This document shows, in pieces, positions 50,876-64,000 of a stretch of DNA of 64,000 bases. Position numbers and translations under genes: made by a program. The stretch is from contig MU057344.1 of NCBI GenBank assembly GCA_013239625.1, positions 870,276 through 934,275 on the forward strand. The letters are read 5' to 3'. How positions within the stretch are numbered: the first letter of the stretch is position 1; the number at the start of each line of letters is the position of its first letter. The notes under the pieces were generated by a model. It did no database searches and was not told the DNA's origin. It was given only the letters and a program-made list of their open reading frames with translations. This DNA comes from Lama guanicoe. Its lineage: Eukaryota.

Positions 50876-53204
50876 AAGTAGCGGCCGTGGACAGCGTTTG
50901 TTTGTGGGGTCTTAGCGGTTGAGTGTCATGGGCAGGGCGAGGACTTGTTTTCTGCTGGGATCGTGTGGTGAGACACAGGAACCTTGGAGCCTTCCCCACG
51001 CCCACGGTTGGCTCTGTCCCTTCCTCCGGTGCTTGTCTGACGGCGTTGGGACTGAACAGGACTGATGTTTAACGGGATAGATCGCGCTGTCGGCGCGGCT
51101 GCTGGCTGGGACGTGGCTTTCCTGTGGGGGGCGCTGCCTCCTGGGGTGGACGGCACAGGGTCGGCCCTTTGCGGTGGGGTGATGGGCTCCTTGGAACGGC
51201 TGCTCCTGAGCGGCCTGATCCTTGGACTGGAGAACCAGGATCGTGTCCGTTTATTGTATGTCTGTCCTCAGGACGCCAGGTTCTCGGAGGAGTCGTCTTC
51301 ATGGAACTACCTGCCCGATCTGCACGGCAGGGGCGTGGGCTGGTGGCGGGCAGCGGGCAGCGTGGGCTTCCGCCGTGGGATCCGTGTATGTTCTAGTGTT
51401 GAAAGCGGTATTTTCTCTGAGAGGAGACCTGGCCAGGCCATCCAAATGGAGGAGCACCGAGTCCCGCGGGCCCTCTTGGGGAGTGGGGGATCCTGGTCCA
51501 GGGACATTCTCTAAGGGGGGTGCGAGTCGTACTTCTGAGCTGAAGTGACCACGAGAAGGAACGACATCAGGACCGTCCGTCAGGCTGGGACGGACTCTGA
51601 CCAGCGTGCTTCTCCGACACCTGCTCTTTGTCCGGGCGCTGTGCTCACCTGGGTACCGGCAGATCTGGGCACAGATGGAGAGGTTGCACTGTCCCTTGGT
51701 GCAGTTGCTTTGCTCTGGGTTTTCATGGGTCCCATGGTGATTTCCTGGCTTCAGGTGCTTGGGTGAGAAGCTGGGGTGCCAACCTGGGTGACGCTCTGAG
51801 GCGGGGCTCCTAGATGGATCCCACACCCATGTCCTGAAGGATGGGGTCTGTGAGTCCATCTGGTCGCCAGGGTGAAGGCTGCAGAGTGAAGGTGGGGGAT
51901 CTTCTCAAACGAGGAGGCAGTTTGAGCGAGGCCTCTGGTTTCTAACCCGTGGTTGGCGTGTATGAGGGAGGGAGGGCGTGGGGGGCCGGGCACCCTCCTT
52001 CTGTGCAGTGAGCAGAGCCCTTGCCATGGTCTCCAAGCCTGGGCCATCAGCTTATCTGTGCATGTGCCATCTTCAGCTGTCCTGCTGGTTTCCAGGCTCC
52101 TCCTTGGAGCTGGGCAGGGGCCCTTGCCTTCGAGGTTTCCCTGGGGCCGGTGTCTTGCCTTGGGGCAGCAGGTGACTGAGTGGCTCTCGCCCCTGTCCCC
52201 GCTGCCCCTCCGGGGCCCCTCAGTCAGTGCAGGGCTTTGAGGGTAAGGCCATCAACTCCCCACCTTCCTCGCAGTCCATCTGTGTGCCACTCCCTGTGAC
52301 TGAACCCTGCCCCGCACCCTGGCCCTTGGGCGGTGGGAGGGTCCGGGGGAGGCGGTGCTTCCGGGCCCTGCACCCTGGCTGTCTGGCGGGAGGTGGCCGC
52401 AGCCGGCGGCCGGACTCTCTGTGGCCCAGAGANNNNNNNNNNNNNNNNNNNNNNNNNNNNNNNNNNNNNNNNNNNNNNNNNNNNNNNNNNNNNNNNNNNN
52501 NNNNNNNNNNNNNNNNNNNNNNNNNNNNNNNNNNNNNNNNNNNNNNNNNNNNNNNNNNNNNNNACAGAGGCCGAATTATTTCCTTCAGATCCGAGAGGGC
52601 TGGAGGAGAAGTGGGGCTCCTTTCTCCCGAGGGCCCTTCCTCCTGCCCCGCCAGTCGCCGGGGACACTGCGGGCACACCAGGTGGGGGGCCGTGAGATCA
52701 CGGAGAGCTTCTCTGCACATGTGGTGGAGATGCGCCTGGCAGGTTGGAGTTGCAGAGAAGGGACAGGAAGCCGTTTCCTGGGAGTGGGGGCCCCCTGTGG
52801 TGGGTGGCTCCTCCCTGCCGGGGCCATGAGTAGTCTGAAGTGAGTTTCAGGTGGTGTGGGTTAGAGCTGCAGACGATGTCTGTGAGAGCAGTGTGGGGCA
52901 GGTGGGGGACTCGGGGCCGTGTGTCCGCCGTGTGGCCTGCCCAGCGTGGCCCAGGTCCCCCCAGACTTTCCGGACCTCGGAGTCCAGGCCCCCAGAGCGA
53001 CCAGGTGCAGTTTGTGCAGGTGAACTCAGGAAGCACATAGCGTGCTCCAGGGTGGGCGAGGGAGCAAACTACAGCCTTTACGCAGCTTTTCTGTGACTAG
53101 AGGTTGGGGTTGTAGAAGCTCTCTGCTTTTAGAGCTCTGAGGGCACCCTGGAAACAGCCAAGGTGCCGTCTGGGTATTTGGCATTTGTGTCTTTTCTGAT
53201 ACTA

Positions 53205-53455
53205 TTTTTTGTGTATGTATATTTATTTGTGCGTGTACGTGTTTATTGAAGTACAGTCAGTTGTGTCAACTTCTGGTGTACAGTATAGTGCTTCAGTCAT
53301 ACGTGAACGTACGTACTCGTTTTCATGTTGTTTTTCACCGTAAATTACTGCGAGAGAATGAGTAGAGTTTCCAGTGTGAATACAGTATGAACTTGTTTAT
53401 CCATTTTGTACGTATTAGTATTTCCAAATCTTGAACTCCCGATTTATCCCTTCCT
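53205..53455 (-). mobile_element. Younger artiodactyl/camelid-type L1 3'-end fragment
   Basis: AT-rich island ttattgaagtacagtcagtt...tctggtgtacag...tcgttttcat...atttatcccttcc resembling the recalled camelid L1 3' UTR. Confidence 0.65.
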
Positions 53456-53639
53456 GATTTTACTTTTTGACTTAGAAAGATTCAGAGAATGCTCTGACTT
53501 CTTGATTTTGTAGCTACAGATAATAATTCAGGAAGTCTTGGCGTGACTCCGTGGGCCGCACAGCCCACAGCGGTCTGGGTTCTCCGGGGAGCCCTGGCTG
53601 CGGCCGGCCCTGGGGGTTGTGTGTTTGTGGTTGTGTTGT

Positions 53640-53718
53640 TGGCTTCGTGGGGGTGGGGGAGTTCGGTCATGGCCGGGTCCCCAGTTCCGGGCCCGGAGTA
53701 AATACTTGTTGAATGACT
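53640..53718 (+). mobile_element. Short L2 3'-terminal fragment
   Basis: agtaaatacttgttgaatga tail motif. Confidence 0.4.
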
Positions 53719-56700
53719 CACAGAAGCCTGAAATCACTAGGTGTCAGGGTTTATTGGCGGCTTTGCTCTTGACGGCTAGAGGAGACGGCGCCTTTCTCGG
53801 AGAGGAGCAGCCTTTCGGATGTTGGGCATCCTCGTCCTCTCTCAGATCTGCAAGGGCCGCTGGGGCCTGACGCTGGGCCGTTGCCTGGGGGGTGATGCGA
53901 GGGTGCCCCCCACTCTGGCTCTACCTGGATGGGCCTGGCCCTGCATCTACCCACACTTGGCCTCTGCTGGGATGCTGGCTGGCTACTTTGAAAGAAGCAT
54001 CTCTGGAAATGGGCTTCCTGCCGCTATGCTGCTGGTTTGCGGAGAAAACATCGCAGGTGGGTGGCCCTGGGTGGGGGTGGGGAGGGACGTAAGGCTGGTG
54101 GGCTTGAGGGCAATTGGAGCCCAGGTGGTCTGAGGGCCCAGGATGCCAGTGCGGCTCTGGTGTGGCCCTCGCCCTCCTTACCCGGCCCCAGAGCCCACAT
54201 GTGAGGTGCCAACTGGGGTGCTGACTTAGCTGTGCGCCCCAACCCCAGGTCTGATCACACCAGAAGCCTGTTGGGACTGCAGGTGGGGGAAGTGGATATG
54301 TTTTTGGGTCACTCACCAGGTATCAGGGTCCTGTGTGCCCGTGCTAGCCTCCCTCTGCCTGAGGAGCTGTCGGTTCTGGCATCCCAGGAGCCAGCTGGCT
54401 GTGACTTGGTGTCTGGGGGCCTTCCTGGAATCTGGGCCTGGAGGCACTGTCTCCGCTGCACCCCACCATTCCCAGCTGGCGGGGGCATCCCCCACGCCTC
54501 TCCTGGGACACGTAGCTTGTTGGGGAGGAAGTGTGTTCTGGGAGCTGGGGGGTCTGTCCTGCTTTGTGGGCAGGAGACCATTCCCCAGCCCCCCATGCCC
54601 GTGGCCATCACGGCCACACCCGACACCAACGACCAGGAGGGCCCTGAGCCCCAGGGAGGCTGGTGGCCCACCTGGCTCTGAGGCTGGTGGATTCTGGACC
54701 ACCTGCGGGACCAAGTGTCCAGGGCCAAGGCCCCGCTTCCCCCGGGAGCAGTGCCTGCTCCTTGTGCACGGCACACGTCCACTTGCTGTCACCTCAGTGT
54801 TCCTGCGTGACCCTAGCCCCATGGCTGTGGTTTGTGACTCAGGCCTGGCTGGTAGGTGAGGCATCCATGTGGCAAGTGGCAGTGACGGGCCAGCTGGCAC
54901 CAGCCGCGGCCTCCCCGCCGTGTGCGCTGCCTCAGACCCGACTCCCTGGCTGTCCACGCACAGAGCTGGGGTTGGCTGGGGCGGCGCTGCCGCGTGTGGT
55001 CCTGGTGGTCCTCCTGCTGCTGGTGGTGCGGGCTGTGGTTCTCTTATGGCCCCCGTGGACACGTTTATGTCCCCAATATTGTCCTCTCTGTCAGCTTGCT
55101 GCTGCACTCCAGCCCCTGGAGTGAGGGGTGGCTGTCACCCTGCAGACCCCCCTTGCCTGTGTGGCGCAGGGCGCCTCACGCAGGGAAGACGCCAGCCACA
55201 TGGGCTGGCTTGACATGGACTCTGCGCTGAAAGTGACACGGAAGCCCCTCAGCCCGAGACGTCCGCGGCCCTCCTTCTTGCTTGGGCCCTGGGTGACGGT
55301 GGGGCCTGCCCCCCACCCCGAGTCCATGCGCTGGCCGGAGCCCTTCCTGAGGGTGGCGCCCGCGGCGTCACGGTTCCAGCCTTAGGGGCCTGCCTTCTGC
55401 TCCCCCTCCCTGCATGGAGGCAGGCACGTGTGCCAGGCTGGCCTCCTGCTTGTTTGTGTGAGGCCAGTGTGGTTGTCTATTCTGGTCTGTCGCCACCTGG
55501 GGGGCGAGTGTGTGTTGATGGCAGGGCTGCTGCTAGCTGCACCCGTGGAGGAACCGGGGCAGTGGGGCCGGCGGGGCTACCCACTGAGGAGGTCGAGGCA
55601 GAGATGCTGGGCAGCCAGCAGGTGTCCAGCGGGGTCTCTGCTGGGCTGGTTGGCTGAGTGTGGCGGACGAGGGTCCCCTCCCCAAGGCTGGTGGCCCTCC
55701 CGAGGAGGGGACCCCGCACCTGGTGTGAAGTCCCCAGGGTCTCGGCCTCAGCCTGCCTTGCCCTGCTCTCCTGGATGCGGGCGGCGGCAGGGATGGGGGA
55801 CGTTGGCTCTGCCTCACCTGCCTCCCACTTCCGGCGTTAGAACCACGTTGCCCAAACCATTAAAANNNNNNNNNNNNNNNNNNNNNNNNNNNNNNNNNNN
55901 NNNNNNNNNNNNNNNNNNNNNNNNNNNNNNNNNNNNNNNNNNNNNNNNNNNNNNNNNNNNNNNNNNNNNNNNNNNNNNNNNNNNNNNNNNNNNNNNNNNN
56001 NNNNNNNNNNNNNNNNNNNNNNNNNNNNNNNNNNNNNNNNNNNNNTGTGTGTAATAAGTGTCGCCTGGCTTGCCTGACCCTCGTCGGTTTTGTCTCCGTT
56101 TATAAAGCTCTTCAAGCTGTGAAAGCAAGGTAAGCCTGTGGGTTGGCTCCGTGTGGCTCTGGGAGTCAGGCCGTGTTCCGTGTGTCCCAGGGCTGGCGGG
56201 CGGTGGTCTCGGGGGTCTGGTGAGAGGACACGGAGAACCCTCCGCCCAGCTGGGTCCGGCCACTTGCAGTGGAGCTGGGCTGGGCAGTGTACATGGGTGT
56301 TGGGGGGTGGAAGGAGGCCTCCCTCGGAGCAGAGTGGGCTCCCCGACGGTTGTGGCTGGCCTGGCACCCAGTCTCTGCGGGACGGTCCTAGGTGGGAGCC
56401 AGAGGTTGGGGCACGTTGCTCTTTCTGTTAGATTCGTGTTGGAGTCTCCTCCCGTCTGGGAAGAATTTGCTTTACTTTTCCTGTCGCTGCTGTGGCGGTG
56501 GCCTCGTGTCCCTGGGGGTCTTCTGTGGGGGTCATTGCCCCTCAGATTCAATCACCTGACTGAGCTGCGTGCCTCTCACATAGTAAGGTTCTAAGTTTTC
56601 TCTCTTAAATGTTTAAATTTGAACTGTGATTCTTGTGATTCTTTTTATGGGTCTGTTCTCGGTGGGGGAGTCCCTGGGACAGGGTCCTGTGTCTTGGTTC

Positions 56701-58364
56701 ACCCTGTGATCCTTGGTGGCTAAGGACTGGGTCCAGGGCTCAGCAGGGCAGTGCCACAGTGTGGGCTGCTGTCTTCGGGGCCCCAGCCTTCTGGGACCTG
56801 GGCTGGGGTGGTGAGTGGCCTGGAGAGGTGAGGAGGGGGCTCAGCAGAGCGTTGCAGAGCTTGGTGGTCGCCCTGCCTGCCTGGGCCTCTGCCTTTGCTG
56901 CTTGCACAGGGAGGGGTGCGTGGCCGTGGGGCAGGGCCAGGCCAGGTTCGCTCTTGTCACCGCCCAGGAGTGCGAGTGGCCTAAGTTCCTCTGCTCCACC
57001 GAAAGGACCAGCGAACAGCACGTTTCTTTCGGGGTCATGGTTACGTGTCTGTGGACCTAGAAGGGTGCAGTTCCCCGATGGGGAGTTTCTCGAGTGCCCT
57101 GGAGCAGAGAGGCTGCTTGACGCAGCCCACATGCCCAGTTCCGCCGTTACCAGTGCCGTACTCCCTTGGGCCCTCTAACCTCTTCCTCCTCTTTCAGTGA
57201 GGGTGCCGTAACGTTTTTAAAGCAAATCCCAGGCATCATCTTATTTTATATCGAAGTGTTTCTGCATGTGATAGGTACGGAACTGTGAGAGCCAGGGCCC
57301 CCATGCCCACCCTGCTCTTCTGCTCATGCTGTGCAGGAGCCCGGGCCACCGTGGCGTGCGGTTGAAGGGCCTGCCTTGCACACGCGCCTCTGTGTGCATG
57401 TGTACAGCCACAGAGCATTTTGAGTCATCCGTGGTGTTGAGGTTCTGGAACTTACTTAGTGCCCCGGGCCTGGGCTGCATTTCTGCCACGACAGGAGATG
57501 CTGCAGAGAGACCTCAGTGCGGCAGCGTGTGGTCCGTGGGAGGCCCCGTCCACCGCAGCCACCTGCTTCCTGCCACCTGGTTACCAGTGCCTCTGCCCAT
57601 CAGGGATGCCGTCCTGAACGTGCCCCTGTGCCCAGACCTGTGTCCAGCATGGTCAGTGGTGCTCACCTGCCACCCTCACCTGGCCCCTGGGTGCCCAGTC
57701 TGCTGGCCCGGGTGCTGTGTGCGTGCGCTGGCCTGTGCCTGTGCCTGTGTCGGTGGGCGCTGGGCCCCCGGGGTGCCCTCCAGCAGGAGCGTGGAGTGTT
57801 CCAGGTGCAGGTGTGTGCACGTGTGTCGGGAGCGCGGGCCGGACCAGGTTGCGTCACTCTGAGCTGTTCCCTGAAGCGGTTGCGCTGTCTGGCGGTCTCC
57901 TGCAGGGAGGACAGGGCCTGTGTCTCCCGGTGGCTCAGCTCAGTGTCACTGCGCTTCTCGTCGGAGATCTGGTGGGTCAGAGGGACGCACCCTGGCCTGT
58001 TTGAGATGCCTTTTTTTGTTGTTTCATTTACTCACTCAGACGCACAGTATGTGTCCGTGTGTTTCCTTTTCGTCTGCAGTCACGTGAGGCGGCTGTTTCT
58101 TCCTAAATCTGTGTACGTTTCTGGTCATTTCCTCAGTAGACTGATGGCCAGATGTGGGCCCTTTTTAAGGGTCTTTGTTTTTCTGTTTCCAGCGTTTTCT
58201 CTCACCACGTGCCGGGTACCTGCCCACTTCCCTGCCTCCCCGCAGCCTTCACTGCCGTTCAGAATACCCTTGTCAATTTGAAAGGGGAAAATCTCATTGT
58301 TTAGTTTTTTTCTAGTCGGGTTGGCCGTTTTGTTACTTTTAATATTTTTTTCCTGTAATTTGCC

Positions 58365-59210
58365 TATTTTTTTGTGTGTGGTGAAATATGCATATCAGAA
58401 AATTTCTTAACCATCTTTAAGGGCACAGCTCTGGGGCATTCAGCACATTCACAGTTGTGCAGCCATCACCACCATTGTTGCCAGAGCCTTCTCTTCCAAA
58501 CTGAAGTTCTGTCCCTACTCAACACTCACTCCTCACCCCCCCAGCCCCAGGCCCCCACCCTCCTACTTGTTGCTTGTAGGATTTTGACTCCTCCAGGGAC
58601 CTCACAGAAGTGGGGCCACACAGTGGCCTGTTGTGACGGCTTATTCCGCTGAGCGCAGTGTCCTCAAGGTGCATCCACGTGGTAGCCGTTCAGAATCTCC
58701 TTCCTCTTTAGGGCTGAATGATGCTCCACTGTGTGGCTGGGCCACGGTTTGTTTATCCACCTTCTGTAGGTGGACACCCGGATTGAATCTGTGTTTTAGC
58801 TCCTGTGACTTCTGCTGCTGTAACCGTGGGTGCACAGAGGTCTCTTCCAGGCCCTGCTTCCAGTTCTGCTGGGTGCAAACACTCGAGCAGAGTTGGGGGC
58901 TCACGTGGTCGTTCTGTGGTCGGTTTCTTGAGGAGCCTCCACGCCGTCACGCACGGCAGCTGCGCCCCAGCTCCCCGCCCCCACGTCCCCGCCAGCGCGT
59001 GCTGTTCTGGTTTTCGATAGTGGCCACCCCGACGGGCGCACGGTGGAGTCTCGCTGCGCTGCGGTTTGCTTCCCTGGAGGTCGGTGGTGCTGAGCACCTC
59101 GTGTGCGCGAGGGCCCTGCGGGTCGTCTTCGGGGAGGGTCTGTCAAGTCCTTGGTCCCTTCTGAATTGGGCCGGCTGTTTGGTTTTGCTCAGCTGTGGGA
59201 GTTCTGCCTG
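58365..59210 (-). mobile_element. Old L1 3'-end fragment (L1MA/L1MB-like) in SKI intron 1
   Basis: Same block order as the 9005-9790 copy, preceded by a T-rich run; edges approximate. Confidence 0.78.
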
Positions 59211-60869
59211 TTCCCCGTGCACATCACGTGGTGGGTGACTGATGCTCTGTCCGCTGTGTTCGCCGTGGTTTAGTCCTACCTGTGTGGCACTGGGACGTCA
59301 GAGGCTGGAGTGGCACAGGGCGGGGGTCCTTACCGACAGCGGGGTGCAGCCGGCAGGCCTGGGTGTGGGCCAGGTCGTCTCCTCTGGGGCGCCTGCTGTG
59401 CGCCTGGCAGGTGGCGGCCGGGGCCAGGGCAGAGCCTGCAGAGGGCCGGGGCTGGGAGCGCGGGGCGGCCTGCGCCTCCGGAGGCCTGTGGGAGAGCTGT
59501 GGGTGCACGGGTGCCTGTGCCCGGGACGCGGGGCTCTGGACAGACGGCTGGCCTCAGCCAAGGGGCGGGGCGGGCTCTAGGCTCTGAGGGTGGCCTGGTG
59601 AGCCTGGCCCGAGCTTCCTTCTCTCTCAGGTCTGTGTCCTGCCAGTTCCTGGAGAAAGTTCTTTTAGCAAGAAATGGGGGACTCACTGAAAGGATGCTGC
59701 TCACCACACTTGTGTCCCTTTCCTCTTAATCTTGTCACCAAGTGTAGATGGCCTGGGGACCCAGAGCAAAGGGACCCCCCCTCCCCCAGCAGTGTGGGGA
59801 CAGCTTGGGGCAGGGCAGCCCGGTGGCCGGGTGCTGACTTCTCCGAGGGTAGAAGAGGGGCCCAGAGGTGCCGGTGGGAGAGGGAGACACCGTGCTTGGG
59901 AGCGGGTGTGGTGGCCCTGCAGTCCCATCCAGCTTGGCTCGGGGAGCCTGCGCCCAGGGCCGCTGGCTGCTTGACCCCCTCCCCCCGCCTCTGAGCACTG
60001 TTCCCACGCGGCTGGCCCTGTCTGCACAGCTTGCGCCCCTCTTGCGGGCTGTTCGGTCCAGGCCGACTCCCAGCCATGATTTCACGTTGTGTCTGCTGGT
60101 TTCAGGAGGCCGTGGAGCCCAGTGGCCCAGGAGATACTGGTCCTCCAGGCGGGCCACACACAGTCAAGCTCTGGCACCTCACGGGGAGGCCAGCATGTGT
60201 AAGTGACCATGGGCGTGAGGCTCGAGGAGGGGGCTACACGCCTTCCCTGGAGCCCCTGGTGGCCTTGAGGTCATGGGGTGACCCTTGGGGCCTGGATGGT
60301 CGCCTTGGCAAGGACGGGCTGCATCCACGCTGCCCCTATCCCGGGCCCTGGGCTGCATTGACTGAGCTGCTGTCTTTGCTGTTGGCCTCCTGTGTCGGGA
60401 GCAGGCTGGACCCTGGGTGGATCCCAGGCCAGGGTGACTCCCTGCTCTTTTGTCCTGCTTTGTCTCCTGTTGAATGTGGGTGAGAGTCTGGGGTGTGAGG
60501 GTGGCTCCTTGGGGTAGATCTCGAAAGGGCAGTCCTTGAGTTTAGTTTTGCAAATACTGCTGGGTGCCTACTCGGTGGGTGGAGATGACCCCCTGGTCAG
60601 AGTCAGAAGGCAGGCCTGGCAGTGGGAACCTGGGCAGGGCCTCCTGTGACCACTGGCCGCAGTGAGAGTGGCTCCTGGTGTTTGGGGTAGAAAAGGAGGG
60701 TTGGAAATCCCTGCCTCCGCAAATGAATCAAAAATCTCTGTGGTTGCGTCTGATTTTAACCTCTGTTTTCTTTCCCCCATCTTCTCTGTGCAAATAGCAG
60801 GGAGTATGACTCTTCGGTTCTTCTGGTTAAGCTGACGTTTCTGGAAGTTCAGTGAGGCAGCGTAACCAC

Positions 60870-61010
60870 GTGACTAGGGGCATGGATTCCTAAACCTGAT
60901 CCCTGGGCCCAGATCCTGGCTCGGCTGCCTCTCTGGATCCAAGGCCGTGGCACTTCTGGAGCCTTGTCCCGTTTGTAAAACGGAGGGATGAGGGTGCCTC
61001 AGCCCTGTGG
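60870..61010 (+). mobile_element. MIR fragment
   Basis: cagatcctggctcggctgcc...ctggagccttgtcccgtttgtaaaacggagggatga. Confidence 0.45.
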
Positions 61011-64000
61011 CCGTGCCGTCAGCTGTCCCACCCTCTCTTTCCAAGGCCAGAAGTCTGACAGGAGGCAGCGGGCTGACAAGCCGTCCAGGAGTCCAGCCGG
61101 GCCAGGCGGATGGTTGCCAGCAGGTGCAGGACGACGGCGCACGCGTGTGCGCCAGGCACCGAAGCCTCCCTGTGCCATGACGGGCTCGTCAGTGGACAGG
61201 GGCCCATGCCACCTGTTGTCAGTGTGCCCCCCACCGGCCTCCCCGTGGGTTTCCCAGAGCTCAGCTGCCTTCTGTGAGGAGCTGTCCGAGGTGGGGCGTG
61301 TCGGTGCATTTGACCTGGGCCTCTGCGTGTGGTCCTGCTGGGATGCTGGGAGCCACCACTGTCCTGGGGGCCCAAGGCACCGGCTGAGGCTCTGGGCTCC
61401 GGGCTCTGTGTTAGGCCTGCCCTGCCAGTAGGTCGTGCCTGGTGATGGGCGTGGCGAGTCCCTTCTCTGCCAAGTTCAGCTTTCAGACGACCCCGTGGTG
61501 GGAGGGAAGACCGGCATTCTGTTTCAGAGCTAGGTTGGTGGATAACCCTTCAAGCAATGATTTAGGTAAATGAGCCCACACCCTCACCGCAGTCTCCTTC
61601 TGAATGGGGCGAGACTGACCCCAGGGTGGCTCTTGTTGGGGAAAGTGAGGTTGTCAGAGAGTGCAAACAAGCCGGTGCTTGGAGAGCCCTGCCCCGAGGT
61701 TCCTGGGCGCTGGTGGGCAGCAATCTCTGGAGGGAAGGGCCAGCGGGGCAGGGGCGCGGAGCTGACTTCCCAGGTCAAGAGCCTTGGCCGGACAGGAGTC
61801 GGGGTCCCGGTCCTGCAGTCCTGGCTACAGCAGGTGGGGCTCTCTGTCCGCCTGCTTCTGTTGGTCCAGGTCCTCGGGGGCTGTGTTCCTCGTGACAGAG
61901 AGCTGGACTGGAGTTGGAGACCTGTTGTCGGCTACCAGCGTTTGTTACTGTTCAGGAGATGTGGAATTTTCAGTTGGCTGTCAAGCTGCTGTCAAGTTTC
62001 TGATGCTTTTGGGTCCGTGTTTCAGAAAAACCACTCAGTGTGCCTTGCGTGCTGAGGGAGGCCGTCGTCCTGCACACGCGCGCATCCCCGAGTGCTGGTG
62101 TCGGCTCTTGGCACGTGTTCCCACATGTCCTCGTGTCCCCAGGTTGCAGGGTGGCCCTGTGCCCTCGCTGCTGCAGCATCTGTCGGCCTGGTGCCCCTTC
62201 ATGGTTCAGGACTTCTTACTCTGAGAAGTCTTCAGACCTGCAGGGGAGTTTGGAGAGCAGGGCTCACCAGGCTCGCTGCTGCTGCTTCCTGCCACACTGG
62301 CATGTGTCCACCCCTGTGGCCCTTGGTGTGTGGCTGTGGTCCAGCGGCTGCCCAGGGCCCAGTCCTCCTCCCGTCGCCCTTCTGTCCTCCTTCAGTGGTT
62401 TGCTTCCTCCCAGGACCTGCCTGTGGTCAGGCTGTCTGTTCCTGGGCCCCGGTCCTCTGGGATCCTGCCTGGCTCTGGTCCGCGTGACCATATTTGTTTG
62501 GAGGGCGGGGCTGTCCCGTGGACTCCCCCTCCAGCCTGTGCCTGGCGTGTCTTCTGGTGGGACAGAGGTGGCATTTGGGACTGGAGCCCTGTGCAGGCAG
62601 CTTGGATGGTCACCTCTCCTGGGGACAGCATCCTGAATCATGCTCGTGGGTGGGGTCCGCCTTGCCCTCCATGGTTAAAAAGTAATCTGTGGGGAGACTT
62701 TAGGCCCCGTCAGCATCCCGGCCCCGTGAACGTCCTCCCGGTGGGTTCATCCTCCCTCTGGGCTTGGTCAGTCTGCCCACCTCTCTCGCCTCCGGGAGTG
62801 CTGCCCCCCTCATCCTGCTGGGCAGTGTCACCAAACTCAGCTCAGCCCCTTGCAGTGTTGCGGTTGTTCTGATCGCTATCTTGATGCCGCAGTTGTCCCT
62901 GTTTTGGCCGCGCACTGGGACCCGGTTCCTCCGGGTGTCTTTTCTGTGAGCCCCTCGCCGCCCCCACACCCCGTGGCACGCACGGCCCGTCCACTCCTGA
63001 CCGCTCGCTGTCGGGGAGCTGCTTACCGGGTGCTCGGGGCTAACTGAGCGCAGCCCCTTGCGGTGGACGTGTCCGCCCCCGAGCCGGAGCCCCTGGGGGG
63101 CGGGAGCCGATCTCAGCACGGGGTTGGGTCATGACGGGGCCACCCTTGGTGGCTGCTGAAGACAGTGTCTCTCCGCACGTGCTTGTCACTTGGCTTTGAG
63201 GTGGGATGGAGAGGATTGAAAACTGTCCTTTTTTTTGTTTCATTTCAAAAATAAACCTTTATTCTACCTCAGATTTCTGACAACCCTGTGAGGTATAAAA
63301 GGGTGATTCGTCTTTAGCTGCTCTAGAGAAAGGTGAGTGTTTTGAGAGCAGTAGGTGCTGTTGTAGGGTGAACGCCCCTGGGCCTGGCAAGGTGGTCCCG
63401 GGGCGGCCAGGGAGGCTGCCCCCACTCCAGGCCTCCCGGGCCGTCTGGGCTCCTGGCCCCACCCAGCGGGATGCAGGGTCCCTGAGGGTTCCCTGCTTTG
63501 CACCTGCTTAGGGCTGTTACCTGCTTGAGCTGCTGACCACAGAGTGATGCCAGAACTTTCATCAGAGGCCAGGCAGCCCTGCGATTTGTACCCGAAGAGA
63601 AGACGGAGTGTGAAGACATGCACAGCCCCGTGAGTCCCCACCTGTCTGTACGGTCCCTGGGCGGGTTCCGTGGTCAAGGCCAGGGTCTGGCAGTGTCTCC
63701 AGAAGAGCCTCCCAGTGAGTCCAGCTTGTCAGTAGGAGGCTGTGAATGTGGAGCCTCAGGAAGAAAACAAGGGTTGCCTAATCGAGCATTTCACGGCCCG
63801 GTTTGGCCCCAGCTGCTCCAGCTGCTCCGTGGGGTGCCAGGCACGTAATGCCCAGCCTCCCCTGTCCGAGCCTGCAGCGTGGGGGCGCGGGCCGGGAGCC
63901 CCCGGGCCCGGGAGCCACATCCTCCCTGGGTACGGCTCCCAATCAGTGTCCGTCCTCCTGTCTGTCACGTGCCCTTGAGTGGTGTGTCCCGGGGGCCAGC

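Overview
GC-rich mammalian genomic DNA, syntenic with human 1p36.33 and probably camelid, judging from a tRNA-derived SINE and an L1 3' end that resemble camelid families as I recall them. It holds three genes. (i) The last eight coding exons (human numbering 11-18) and 3' UTR of PRKCZ, atypical protein kinase C zeta, on the + strand. (ii) The complete four-exon FAAP20 gene (172 aa, C-terminal UBZ) on the - strand, convergent with PRKCZ. (iii) The CpG-island promoter, first coding exon (969 nt, partly N) and start of intron 1 of SKI on the + strand. The rest is intron or intergenic DNA with old L1, L2, MIR and LTR fragments and six N-runs. Nearly all ORFs in the supplied track are chance products of high GC. 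I found no new multi-gene system. Best leads: (1) an 81-bp copy of the PRKCZ exon-12 splice acceptor in intron 15 that reads in frame into exon 16, which could give a kinase-dead isoform; (2) apparent compensating frameshifts and loss of the PIN1 and FBXW7 motifs in FAAP20; (3) a five-unit 41-bp higher-order repeat with ~10-bp internal periodicity in the SKI promoter; (4) N-runs whose lengths match human SKI exactly; (5) an E527G-equivalent change in PKC-zeta. All comparisons to human or consensus sequences are from memory and need checking by alignment.
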